A stretch of DNA of 64,000 nt from Blastocladiella emersonii ATCC 22665 (taxonomy: Eukaryota; Fungi; Blastocladiomycota), in assembly GCA_025594325.1 (NCBI GenBank), contig JANHCV010000008.1, positions 1,426,001 to 1,490,000 of the forward strand, in the 5' to 3' direction. Below the pieces are notes generated by a model. The model did no database searches, was not told where the DNA came from, and saw only the letters and a program-made list of their open reading frames with translations. Below are positions 1 to 10,707 of the stretch, piece by piece. Positions within the stretch are counted from its first letter, which is position 1. Every line of letters starts with the position of its first letter. The position numbers and the translations under genes were made by a program.

Positions 1-960
1 CGCCTTGCTGCGCGAGGCGATCTGGACGTAGCCGTGGGGGCCAATGAGGTTGACGAGCGTGAGCGGGGTGCGCTTGGAGGTGGCGGTGCCAAGCGTGTGG
101 CAGAGGGCGTTGTAGACGTCGTCCTTGATGCCCTTGACCGAGTTGAGGAACAAGGAGAGGAGCGCGGGAGGCAGGTGGCCGGTGGGATCCAGGCAACCCC
201 CCTCGCGGAGACGCCAGACAAACACAACGCAGTGGCGCTCAAGGGTGAGGCCCAGAGTGGCGGGGAACGAGAGGTCGAGGTAGCGGACGATGGCAGCGCG
301 GTCCATGTGGTCAAAGAAGTGGGCGATCAGCTGGTGCTCCTCGAGACCGGCGCCCTCGCGGACCATCAACTTGTACACGACCTGGGCGTTGTGGCCAACG
401 GTGGTGGTGGCGGCGTCGAGCAGCTTGTACAGGTCGTGCAGCGGGTAGAGGTCGCGGAGGTTGCGGAGGAAGGTGGCTGGGTCTCGGCAGTTGCCGCGGG
501 TCTGGTGGCGGAAGTTGATGCGGGTGCTCTCAATGTCGGCGCGCAGCTGCTTGTTGACACTGGTGGTCGACGCGGCGGGAGCGGCTGGCAAGGCGGCGGC
601 CGGCGCGGCCGGGGGCGCCCCGGCGGGCAGCATGTCGACGGCGAGGTTGATCATGTTGTTGTAGCGCGAGTGCGCGGCGATGAGCGCGTCCAGCGCCTTG
701 GCGGCCTGGGCCTGCAGCTTGGGCGGGTGGGTGGCCGATGTGCCGTTGCCCTGGGACGGCGCGGGTTGCGCAGCGGCGTTGATGGCGGCTGAGCAGGCAG
801 CGAACTGCTCAGCGAGTAGCTGGCGCAGCTCAGCGGCGCGCGCGCGTGCGGCGGGCACGGCCTGGGGGTCCTTGGCCGCGGCGCTGCATGTGCCGGGGAG
901 CGCGGAGATGTCGCTGCAGAGCGCCGGCGAGATGGTGAAGGTGGTGGGGTTCGAGGCCAT
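1..960 (-). CDS. Open ORF of at least 320 aa running off the window edge (MASNPTTFTISPALC...); possibly a retroelement gag-like protein
   Basis: My own translation: ATG at 960-958, no stop to position 1, strong GC3 bias like the TE ORFs. It is missing from the ORF track because no stop lies in the window. The gag identity is only a guess. Confidence 0.45.
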   Translation of the reverse strand, partial: MASNPTTFTISPALCSDISALPGTCSAAAKDPQAVPAARARAAELRQLLAEQFAACSAAINAAAQPAPSQGNGTSATHPPKLQAQAAKALDALIAAHSRYNNMINLAVDMLPAGAPPAAPAAALPAAPAASTTSVNKQLRADIESTRINFRHQTRGNCRDPATFLRNLRDLYPLHDLYKLLDAATTTVGHNAQVVYKLMVREGAGLEEHQLIAHFFDHMDRAAIVRYLDLSFPATLGLTLERHCVVFVWRLREGGCLDPTGHLPPALLSLFLNSVKGIKDDVYNALCHTLGTATSKRTPLTLVNLIGPHGYVQIASRSKA

Positions 961-1239
961 GCGGAAAACTACTTGAAGAAAATGTTGACGCCGACAGAAA
1001 GAGGCGGGAGACAAGTAGTCAGGGATGTCTATTCCTGCCTTCGGCCCCGAACCCAAGACGGGGAGAGGGGAGAAAGGATAACAAAGCAGGGCGCGCCGCA
1101 GCGGGGTGCGGCGGCGCGGGAGCGAGGGATTGCAGGCGGCTCACGCGAGATCAGATGATTGATCACCGCGGTCGTGGACACATGAACGACACGCAACAAT
1201 GGACACGCTGCAACGCGCGGAAAATGTGACAGTGGGACC

Positions 1240-2430
1240 ATGACTCGGGCCATTGATTCAGTTTCCCCTGACGTGAGCCGATTGCTTTGCGGCTACCTCT
1301 CGCTCAAGGTCGCCATTCCACGCTCTCTCGCGTTCAATATGCCCGTACTGCGCTCGCTTGAGGCTTTGCTCGAGCGGGACGCCGCTATGGAAGCAGTCAC
1401 CGACTTCTTGTGTGGATTTGCCGAATCCGAAGGCGCTGTTGACATTTCCCCTATCCTCTGCCGTCAACACATCCTTGAAGAGTACAAGGTAATGTGGGGC
1501 CTGGCTGCCTCGAGCGGCACGCTCACACATCCGCTTACCTTGGCTAAGCGGATCTTCGTCATTCTTGCGCAAGCGCGTCAGCACTTGATTTTCCTCGCTT
1601 GCGTTGCCGACCATCTCAGTGCCGCGCTCGGTTCCACTTGCATTGACGCTCCCGCGGGGGCAGACCGACTTCACCTCATGGCGGCCGTCGATCGCCTGAA
1701 TCGCACCGAGTGGGTGCAGTGCGTGACCTGGTTCGCAAATGCGATTCCAGCGCCGGACCTGCATCGGCTGACTCTTACGACAGATAACGAGACCAGGAAA
1801 GCGCTCTACCGTCTCCGCGCGTCCATGGGCCCGCACCCGCTTGATCTGTTTCTCCTCTCCCTCTGGTCGCCTATTTGCCTCGAGGCGTACCCTGCTCTCC
1901 GACCCTTCGCAGTTGACTTGACTGCTTGCCACGGTGCCAGCCGGGCAGCAACGATTGCCGCGCTCACCGATCCAAGCTATCGCGCGCGCGTGATCGAGCG
2001 GATCCAGTCAATTGCCTGTAGTCCTGGCATCGCGCGAGTTCTACGCAGTTACTTTGTCTTTGTGTGCGCGTACATCGCGTCGCCCGCGAAACTCGTGGCC
2101 TCGACAGCGCAGCCAAGCCTAGCTTCCGATTACGCGCTCATTCTCGCCCACTCGCCGATCCGCATCGCTGTGCCCGGGTTCGAGCAGCAGCAGGTCAGCG
2201 TAACGCCAGCGTACACGTCGAGCGGAACTTGGACAAGTGCGATCGCTGCTGCCGCGGCAGCAACAACCGCTGAGCAGGAGCTGTTTCTGCGTGTGGCTAA
2301 AGGGGTCCGAAACGGCGCCCATCTCACGGAGCGCGCATCGCGACCCGTTGGGCTTCCAGGTTGGGAGGAATTCAAGCGCAAGCACGCTAACGTAATGGAT
2401 ACGATCGCTCGCGGCGAGAAGCAGAAATGA
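1240..2430 (+). CDS. Family A member, 396 aa, C-terminal helical domain only; function unknown
   Basis: Shares LCGF..DxxPxL..YKxxW..LRAxxGxHPL..GWxxFKxxHAxxxDxIAxGE with the ORFs at 7584-8486, 38327-40144 and the end of 4953-6530. Confidence 0.7.
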   Translation: MTRAIDSVSPDVSRLLCGYLSLKVAIPRSLAFNMPVLRSLEALLERDAAMEAVTDFLCGFAESEGAVDISPILCRQHILEEYKVMWGLAASSGTLTHPLTLAKRIFVILAQARQHLIFLACVADHLSAALGSTCIDAPAGADRLHLMAAVDRLNRTEWVQCVTWFANAIPAPDLHRLTLTTDNETRKALYRLRASMGPHPLDLFLLSLWSPICLEAYPALRPFAVDLTACHGASRAATIAALTDPSYRARVIERIQSIACSPGIARVLRSYFVFVCAYIASPAKLVASTAQPSLASDYALILAHSPIRIAVPGFEQQQVSVTPAYTSSGTWTSAIAAAAAATTAEQELFLRVAKGVRNGAHLTERASRPVGLPGWEEFKRKHANVMDTIARGEKQK

Positions 2431-2519
2431 TGGTATTTGTAAAAGTAATGGAACGGATCACTCGTATCAAACTTGCGGGTCGGATGGACTAGACGTTGGA
2501 ATAATCAGCAAAAATGCCG

Positions 2520-3040
2520 TTGGGAACTACGAAATGGGCCGAGCCTCCTTCGCCAGCCCCGATCGACGCGAGCTCCAGCGGCTTCGCGCCGCGCTTGAGT
2601 TGCGCCCACTCGAACCATTTACTCCGTCGCTCGAGTCGAACGAGGACCCTGGCTACCGCGCACGCGTGATTCGGCGAATTGAAGCGATGGCGCAGACGGA
2701 ACAGCTTGCGCCCGTTATGGTTTGTTCCATCGCCTGCGCCGCGAGACGCTCGGCCTGACTACGCGCTCATTTTCGCGGATCAACCAGTGCGCATCGCTGT
2801 CCCTGGATTTGAGCAGACGGCAGATGGAGCGTCGGGGTACGCGGCCAGCGGAAACTGGACCGTTGCAGCAGCGGCAGCGACGACGAACGTCACGCAGGAG
2901 CTGCGGCGAAGACGCTGTACTCGAGCAGCCGGCCCAAAGACCTGACTTCGTTCCCGATCGGGCTCCGGGGGTGGGACGTGTTCAAGCGCGAGCACGCGGC
3001 GGCGCTCGACGCGATTGCCCTTGCTGAGAAGAAGTCGTGA
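2520..3040 (+). pseudogene. Family A remnant: frameshifted tandem partial duplicate of the 3' half of 1240-2430
   Basis: DPGYRARVIRRIE, DYALIFADQPVRIAVPGFEQ and GWDVFKREHAAALDAIA each match 1240-2430 but lie in different frames. Confidence 0.7.
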
Positions 3041-3405
3041 AACGTCACGTTCCAAGCGCCCGAGCCCGAAATATAATGATTTATTAGTTTTGTGCGCAAG
3101 ACGCTTTCCTGACATCAGCAGTGTGCAAGACGCGCTCATCCATTGACGCCTGATCGTGAGCCTTGAAGTCGCTGTTCCTGCAAGACTGGACGCTTCGTGA
3201 GCGCTCCAACCGCGTGCTAGTTGCGTCCCTTTGGCTACCGGGTTGGGCGATCTCAAGCGCTAAACACGCGTTTAATTGATGGGACTGAATAGCAAACATC
3301 AATTGTATACCGAGAAGGAGGTTCAGACCTCGCATTTACTTGTTTGACTCGATATCAATTCGATCAACGCACCCATTGTTATTCGTGGCCGCCGACCGAG
3401 TTTGA

Positions 3406-4620
3406 TCAATCGCCCAAGCGTTGAAGACAAGCTAAGCGGGCCTGCTCGACCCGCTCTCTGGCAGAGCTAGTCCTAAGTTCCATGACGATGCCAAGCTTCC
3501 TGACGGTGTCATTGATCAGCGACTGGTGTGCACCAGGCTGCATCGTGTAAGCTACCTGGTCAAACGTTGAAAGAAGCGTGTCGAACAAATCCATCGAGTA
3601 TTCGACGTTGGTGCAGGCGAGATGGTTGCCCCACGCGCGCGGATCCTGTGGGTCCCAGCCGTGGCGGATGAGCCAGCAATGTAGATGTTTGACAGCTCCG
3701 GCCCTATTCCAGGGCCCGTCGACGCGTGTCACGTCGAGCGAGTACGGGTTGTCCGACGATAAAATGCACTGCACCGCACGGGCGGGGTCAATGCCGTACT
3801 TGGGCGAGGCGAGGAGGAGAATGGCGTCGTGGTCCCATACTAGCGCGGCGACGGCGGCGGCAATTTCAAGAAACGTGGGGGTCGGCAGCGGAAGCTCGGG
3901 TGCGGTGTCCTCAGACCGGAATGTGTAAGACGGTAGGGTGAGGTGGTAAAAACGGGCCGCCAGGTTGTTGCAGACGTCCGTGAAGATCGGAGTAGAGAGA
4001 AGCTTGGGTAAGTGTTCGAGTAGGTCGTTGAGCAACAGCCGCAGCATCGCGAGATCGTCGACTGCAATAAACACGCAGCAAAGTAAAAAGGTCACGAGAA
4101 TCGGCGCCCTTGCCGCAAGCTGCGAGGATCGGTCGTTGGTGCAGCGGCGCTCATCTTCGGGAATCTTGTCAAGGATTGATGCCAGAGCGGCGGAAAGAGT
4201 CTGGGTCGTCAGCGGCCGTGAAAAAGAACGAGCCGCTTGGCGCACTGTGTGTGCAACAAACTCGCGCGAGATCCGATGAGGTTCGGGATGGAATTCGGTG
4301 GGTTTCCCAACGGAGATAATAGCAAGGTGATTGTGGAGCTTGACGCTGTAACCTTGGATGATCCGCTCCAGCGCATCGAATAAATTTGACGCGGGGACAT
4401 GCTGTGTAACCGCGGACGATTGCGAGTCGTATTCGACCTTATGCCGTGCCATGAGAACGCAAATATTCCACGGGACTACCACTGAGTGGCTGCGGGCTAG
4501 TTTATAGAAGGCCCGCGTCGCCACAGGAACAACAACACGAGGTTCGGCGAGCTGCATAATTTTGACGCCAAGCAGCGTGTCCATGAGTTTTCCATAGTCA
4601 AGTTGCGTCAAGTCGCTCAT
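3406..4620 (-). CDS. Family B member, 404 aa; unknown protein with a possible divergent F-box-like N-terminus
   Basis: Homologous along its length to 44598-45929 and 42809-44102 (RSVV..SR, LLxxP, YGxD, WLxxxGWDPxDPR). The F-box-like call is tentative. Confidence 0.7.
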   Translation of the reverse strand: MSDLTQLDYGKLMDTLLGVKIMQLAEPRVVVPVATRAFYKLARSHSVVVPWNICVLMARHKVEYDSQSSAVTQHVPASNLFDALERIIQGYSVKLHNHLAIISVGKPTEFHPEPHRISREFVAHTVRQAARSFSRPLTTQTLSAALASILDKIPEDERRCTNDRSSQLAARAPILVTFLLCCVFIAVDDLAMLRLLLNDLLEHLPKLLSTPIFTDVCNNLAARFYHLTLPSYTFRSEDTAPELPLPTPTFLEIAAAVAALVWDHDAILLLASPKYGIDPARAVQCILSSDNPYSLDVTRVDGPWNRAGAVKHLHCWLIRHGWDPQDPRAWGNHLACTNVEYSMDLFDTLLSTFDQVAYTMQPGAHQSLINDTVRKLGIVMELRTSSARERVEQARLACLQRLGD

Positions 4621-4952
4621 TGCCTCGAATCCGTCTCAGTGAGAGTCATGGAGCGCAAGCAAGGGCGAACGCCGACTCGCGATTTCCCGACGGGCAAGCC
4701 TCCTGGCCACTCATCACGTGGGAGCCACATTGTGGCGCAACGCGACCCCGGACCCAACATCAGCCGCTGCGGAGGGTGGAGCAAAGCATCTGGGAAGCAC
4801 GGTAAAGTGTTATGACAAAATAGTAGTATTGATCCTCAAAGTCCGGGGCTTGCTTGGTGAACGTGATACCTCAACTGTGGCGGAACGAGTCAAGTCCTCG
4901 TTTATTGAGAGTCGCTCGGGCTGTCACAGAGTCGTTACAGATCCAAAGATAT

Positions 4953-6892
4953 TTATTCGACGTCTTGGCCACAACTTGATACCGGTACGCTTCCGCCGTT
5001 GGCAATATTGTCGAACGTGTTCGCATGCCGCTTCTCGAAATCATCCCACCCGTGCATCCCAGACATGCACTGGGCAAGCTTGACCCTGGGGTCTGCGCCA
5101 TGAACGCGTTGCTTGATCCACGCCTCACGGGTTATTGACGAGCTGTCGCGGAGAAGCACGCGCGGGGAGGACTGCTGATCAAATGACGCAGACGACGCGA
5201 CGTTGTAGTGGAGAAAGTTCAGCAGCCATCGTGACGCTCGGGGAAGCCTCGGAAGAAACGGTACTGAATTCAGTCGAACTTTCGGAATCAGCTTGGATTC
5301 GGGGTCGCTTTGCAGGCTTATTTCCGCGTGAGTCGTTAAGCTCGAAAAGTGATGTGGGCCTGCTATGAAGTTGCGCCGTCGTAAAAGAATCGCTCCGGGC
5401 GCCGAATCCTGCTGGAAACGATACCAAAGCGGTGACCGCGAGCAGACCCAGGATCGTGCTTCGAGGGTCGGTCGGCTGCGTGAAAGCGTTCGACGTTGAT
5501 TGCTCGTGCATACTCGCGACAGCGAGTCCACACAGTTCAGAGCCAATCCGCGGCGCAATCTGCGAGTCAGGGAGAAACCCGTCGAATTGACTCTACACGC
5601 GAGCCAAACTGTGAGGCCCTGCTTCTGAAGAACGCCGTCCCGGGTAAATCGTACCGCTGAGGAACTGGTGCGCGAGAGAGTATGCTCTGCGGCACCATTG
5701 AGCGAATCCAAAAAGCTGACACTCGACTTGCCGAGCTCGGTGCGCATGCATTCCTGCGTAGAGCCGAGGGTCATCCGGGATGCGGCAGAATCGGGCTGGA
5801 AATCAGCGCATGGCTGATCGTCAGGGCAAGGCACCATGCTAATCGAAGGGATATCCTCGCTTGTGGTCGAGAAGCCGAGATTGATTTCGCGGTCCCCGAG
5901 CTGCGGAATGGTCTCGGCGGTGGGCGCGTGATGATTCGGAGAACAGGAAGCATCTGCCAAACCCGTTGCTCGATCAACGCCCTGGACAACGGAAGCGGAT
6001 GCGGGCCCGGCGATCGCGCTTGATGCGACGGTGTCGCGTGTCGAATCCACACGATCAGGCGACAGACCGCCATGTTTGTCCAGAAACTGACGTTTGACCT
6101 CGGAAGAGAATGTGCGTAAGCGAATGTGGAGCTGATCATCGAGAGGCCGAGTCCGACTCGCGTAGTCGGCAAGCCGTGGAAGCACCGTGTAGAGAGCCTC
6201 CACGCGCCAATCGTGCGACTCGCCGCTGAGCGCAGAAGACAGAGTCGGGTCTTTGCACGCATTCATGGACCTGTGAACCGCATCGAGGTTCAAAAGCAGT
6301 CGGCGGAGATTGCGGTAGTATCCCGCTGCGTCGACCCAGTCCCGGCGCGGTTGAATGATGAAGCGAGACGATTCGGCACCAGCCACCTCGGCGAGAATGT
6401 TCAGGAGAAACCGCTCGCCGGTGCCGTCGGGAGATGGCCGGCGCGGAACACGCAGAATACAGGTGATCCGCCGTTGGGGTTCCGGTGCAAGCTGACGAGC
6501 GTAACTGCGATGCGCGACTCGCGGACGCACGGGAATAAGATAAGCTTGTGCTCCTCATGCAGGGCCTTTGACATCCATCGTGCAAGCGGAGTCGGCCCCC
6601 GAATAGGAGAAGCAGTCAGTGATTCGACCATGGCGCGCTCGAGCGAGTTGGCGGACATGAATAGTATGCGAGACTGATTGTTGGAAGGAAGCATCGTGAT
6701 TACCGACTGGTTGATGAAATCGGCGAGAGCTGGAGAAAGTGTACACAACGAAGGGTCCGGATTAAGATATGCAAGAAACGTGTCCAAGTCCAGGGAAAAT
6801 CCAGAAGTTGACGAGGTGTAGATAGCGGGCGAGGCATTGTGCGTCGCGAGGAGGCCGACAATCTCGCGCGCGGACGCGATTTGAGAAGTCAT
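4953..6892 (-). pseudogene. Family A copy 1: putative Ulp1-like N-domain plus diverged C-domain, one frameshift near 6420-6450
   Basis: ORF 6401-6892 (LARW..HKLILFPCVRES..HRNPNGG) continues in the frame of 4953-6530 (PRRDWVDAAGYY..GMHGWDDFEKRHANTFDNIA). Confidence 0.7.
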
Positions 6893-7038
6893 GACGGCGT
6901 TCTGGCAAGTATCGACCGAAATGGCGATTGCATAAAGTTACATGCGCAATTTGAGCTTCATGTGTTCCCCTTTGATGTTTAACGCGGGAGGCGAGCGATG
7001 CACTCGGGAAAGACGCGTCGCGTCGCGACCTCCCCGCG

Positions 7039-7073
7039 TCACGTGGACCTGGCGTGATATCGAATCGCGTCTC
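7039..7073. promoter_or_regulatory. Conserved 35-bp upstream element of family A (CACGTG + GATATC + xCGCGT)
   Basis: TCACGTGGACCTGGCGTGATATCGAATCGCGTCTC, about 147 bp upstream of the ATG at 6892; near-identical copies at 10536 and 41441. Confidence 0.6.
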
Positions 7074-7169
7074 GCCTTTCATCTCAAGTCGAGTTTCAGA
7101 GCTCCCCTGAAAAGCTAAAATGATACCATTCGTTGTTTTCCTTCCGATCGCCTCACCATATAGCGGCTG

Positions 7170-10100
7170 TTATTCTGCAGCAAGGTACTCGCTTGGGCCG
7201 CTCCCCGCCCAAGCGCTCTGGCCAAGGAGACTCGTGAGAGACGGCTCACCCGCCGCAATCGCATCAAACTCAGCCGCGTACCGCTCCTTGAACTCGTCCC
7301 ACCCGTGCATCCTGGTGGTGCCGCGGACGAGGTGAAACGACCGGCCCGAGCTACGCACGCGCCTCGCGAGACCAGCCACCCCGTTCCCGTCCTCCTGCCC
7401 GGGCGAGTCAGCGTGGACAAGCACGGGCGGCAACTGGAAGACATCGAGCGCGGCAGAGAGAGCCCACGTTGGTGCAGATAAACTCGAGGACGACGCGCAC
7501 CGCGGGGATCAGGTTCGGCGCTGCTGCAAGCGCAGGTGTTGCAGCGACGGCGCGCTCAGCGACAACCGGGTCCGTAAAGGCCATCACGTACGCCGCGCGG
7601 CTCGGCCAAAGTTTCGAGCCCACGCGCAGCGCGCCGGCGGCGGGCACTCGGCCCGGATGCGGGTGCGGAGGAGCATTGGCAGGAACATGGCAAGCGGGTG
7701 TGCGCCAAGAGTCGAGCGGAGATTCGAGAGGGTGGTTCGACTTGAGCTGGCGGCAACAGGGATTGGAATCCCGTTCATAGTGACGCGAGACTGGTCCGAC
7801 CGGTCGAAGACCAGGTCGTCAAGGCCAACTGGCGAGACCCGGAGAGCGAACCACCAGAGCATGTGCGTCCACTCCCTGGACGGCAAACGGCTGATTGCGA
7901 CCATGACCTGCACCTTGGGCGTGTCGGCTGGGACGTTGATGGGAGTCCAATCAAGTCCCGTCGCAATGCTGTCTGCCGCGCACGAAAGGACGACGATCAG
8001 CCAATGCAAGCTCACGCTTGTCTTCGATTCCGTGTCCCAAATGGTCAAAGTGTGCTTGATCGAATCCTTGGTCGCGGTACTCACGAGAGCCCAAATCGCC
8101 TTGTACTGCTCAATCGAACGCGACTCGGTGAGAAGCGGGGTCAGATCAAAGCTTGGCGGCGTGGTGAAGAATCCGCACAGGAGCGCGGAAAACTGATCGC
8201 GCGTCGTTGGATTGTCAAGCATGCGCTCGATGCAGCGCAGCCCGGTCAGAGCCACAACGGTCACAAGTGGTGCGGTCGGGTGAAAATCTGGCTGGAGACA
8301 AAGGAGCCGAGCAGCGTCAGCGTAGAAGAATTGGGTTGCGAAAGCCGCGACATTGTCATCGTCCGTGAGGGGAGGCTGCTGCGTGGTAACCACATTTGGA
8401 GGAAGCGAGAGAAAGTCGGCTGTTGCAAGCGATGCGTCGGACATGTCAACGGCAGGCAGCCCGCGATGCTGACTCGCCCTCAGCAAACGCCATTCTAGTA
8501 CGGCTGTCTCCGAGCGCGAGTTGGTTGTTGAAGCATTCGCATTGGGACCTACCGTAATTCGCAGCCGTTTGACCAGCCGCGCGACGGGGGCGGAACAGCC
8601 TCAATGGAGCGAGGCGGTGCCGAAACTGACGACGCCTTGTGTTGAGGCAAAGGCTCAGATGGGTCCACGCAAGGACGCAATCGAATCCGAGGCGAAGGTG
8701 TTGACACAGCTGGTGACACGCTGCTCTGCGCGGGTCGTGGTAAAAGTGGTGCCGGCGGTGATGGGTCGTGCACATTGTTGGCCGGCGTCTCGACGAGGAT
8801 GTGCGGTGTAAGCGGCGGTCGCGAAGCACACGAAGACAGCCCAAGACCAGGTGCATGATCATCGTTCGTCGCGTCGGGCGATGGATGGCGGGCTTCAAAG
8901 GATTCGAATCGCGGGGAATCTGGACTCTCGGGTTGCTGTGAATACACGAGAGGCTCGAATTGTCCGTTGAGGAGTGGCGGAGGAGAAACCAAGGCGGTGA
9001 CTGCGAGGAGGGCTAAGATAGCACTGCGGGAGAGCGGCATCCGCATTGGAGTGGCAATGGGTGTCGGCATCCCAATTAGCATCGGTTGGTGCTGCGCTTG
9101 GAGAGTGGAGCTCATTAAGGGATGCGGTGATAGCCTGGGCTGTGCGTCGTCAAAGTTTGGTGTTTGATGCGCGGGAGCGGCAAGAAGAGCCGGAGAAGCT
9201 TGATCGTAACTCATGGTAGTATCACTCGGTAAAAGAGCGGATACCTCGTCCTCGAGGTGCTAGAGCACGCGTCCAGTTCAGCACGAAACCGATGCTGCGG
9301 ACGAGACCAAAATTCACGCACCTCAAGTCCTAAACGCGATGGCGCACTCGAGGCGGCATCTAAATGCGAAGCCGCAGACCCACCACAGGAATCACTGTCG
9401 TCGTCAACCATGGACCGCGGCATTTCCGATTCCTCGCAAAGTTGATCAAGGTCGGGTGACGCAGTAGATGCAAGTATGTTCGAGCTTGGAAATTCGGCGG
9501 CGAGCGCGATGTCGGACGCGAGGTAGCAGGAATCACGAGCGGCGCAAATGCAAGCTGAATCGCTTCAGGGCCGTGATTGAGCGACGTGTGAAGCGCGTCA
9601 GCCTTTGCAAAAAACTCACATCCCAGTGGACGCAATTGCGCGGCAAAATCCACAAGCCGCAGGAGCACCTCGGCAAAAGCCTCAACTCGCCAATCATGCG
9701 CACGGCAATCCAAGCTGATTGCGTCAAGAGGATCGTGACACGCACCCATGGCCGAGAGCACCGCGTCGAGGTTCGAAAGAAGCTGCTCGAGTCCGTGGAA
9801 GAAGCCCATCGCGTCAACCCACTTCTCCCGCGGCGCAACGCTGAAAAACACCGGCGCGGCCCCGGCGGCCTTGGTAAGCACGCTCCGCACAAACTCTTCG
9901 CCAGCAGCATCCATAGGGTGGCCAGCGCGAAAGATGCAGAACGCGGGCATGTCGCCGTTCGGGTTGCGGTGCAAGCTGATGAGAGTTACCGCGGCGTGCG
10001 ACTCGCGAACACAAGGGAACACGATGAGCTCGTGCGTAACGCGCAAGTTGCTGGCGATCCACCGTGCGAGCGGGGCGGGCCCTCGAGAAGCTGTGGGCAT

Positions 10101-10406
10101 CGATTGGGAGAGCTGAAGGTGAGAGTCAACCCAGGCGCGCTCGAGCGACTTGACCGAGGTGACAAGAACGCGAGCGCGGGTCGTCAAAGGAAGCGCAACG
10201 ACGATCGATTGCGTCATGAGATTGGCAAGGGCTGGAGCAAGCGAGCACTGCAAAGCGTTCGGGACCAAAAACGCATTGATTGCGTCCACGTCGACTGTCG
10301 AGCCAGCGGTTGAAGAGTTGTAGAGGACAGGTGAGCCGAGGTGCGCGGCGAGCAGATGAATGATCTCGCGCGCGTGCTCAATTCGGTTCCCACGATAGCT
10401 AGGCAT
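7170..10406 (-). pseudogene. Family A copy 2, about 1000 aa if reconstructed; several frameshifts
   Basis: ATG at 10406; N-domain in ORF 9360-10523, linker 8549-9214 (LALLAVTALV), C-domain 7584-8486 and 7170-7650. Colinear with 38327-41322. Confidence 0.75.
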
Positions 10407-10535
10407 AGTGAATGGTCCAGGGAAACTATTGCATGAGGTTACATGTGTGGGTCGCGCTCCATGACCTCGCTTGGTTGGAGCGAGGAAGTGCAGCGCCCGT
10501 GGGAATCGCGACGCGTTTTTCACGATCGCTCTTGC

Positions 10536-10570
10536 TCACGTGGACCTGGCGTGATATCGAAACGCGTCTC
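10536..10570. promoter_or_regulatory. Conserved 35-bp upstream element of family A
   Basis: TCACGTGGACCTGGCGTGATATCGAAACGCGTCTC, about 130 bp upstream of ATG 10406. Confidence 0.6.
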
Positions 10571-10707
10571 TCGTTGACTCTCACGCGAACAGGAAAGCAT
10601 GTGATTCACGCGAACAGGAAAGCCTGTCATTCATTATTTGATAACCGCTATCCGTGAAACTAGCGCGCCGGGACGGTTGACTGCAACCAGGACGTCGTCA
10701 GCTAAAA

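Noticed and set aside
34-792. 252-aa plus-strand ORF
   Set aside because: Antisense shadow of the codon-biased minus-strand ORF at 960-1.
968-1231. Possible 5' LTR (983 to about 1180 or 1231) with an 8-bp self-complementary PBS (968-975 and 1012-1019) upstream of the edge ORF
   Set aside because: No second LTR in the window, the boundary is ambiguous, the match is short and lies 7 nt from the putative end.
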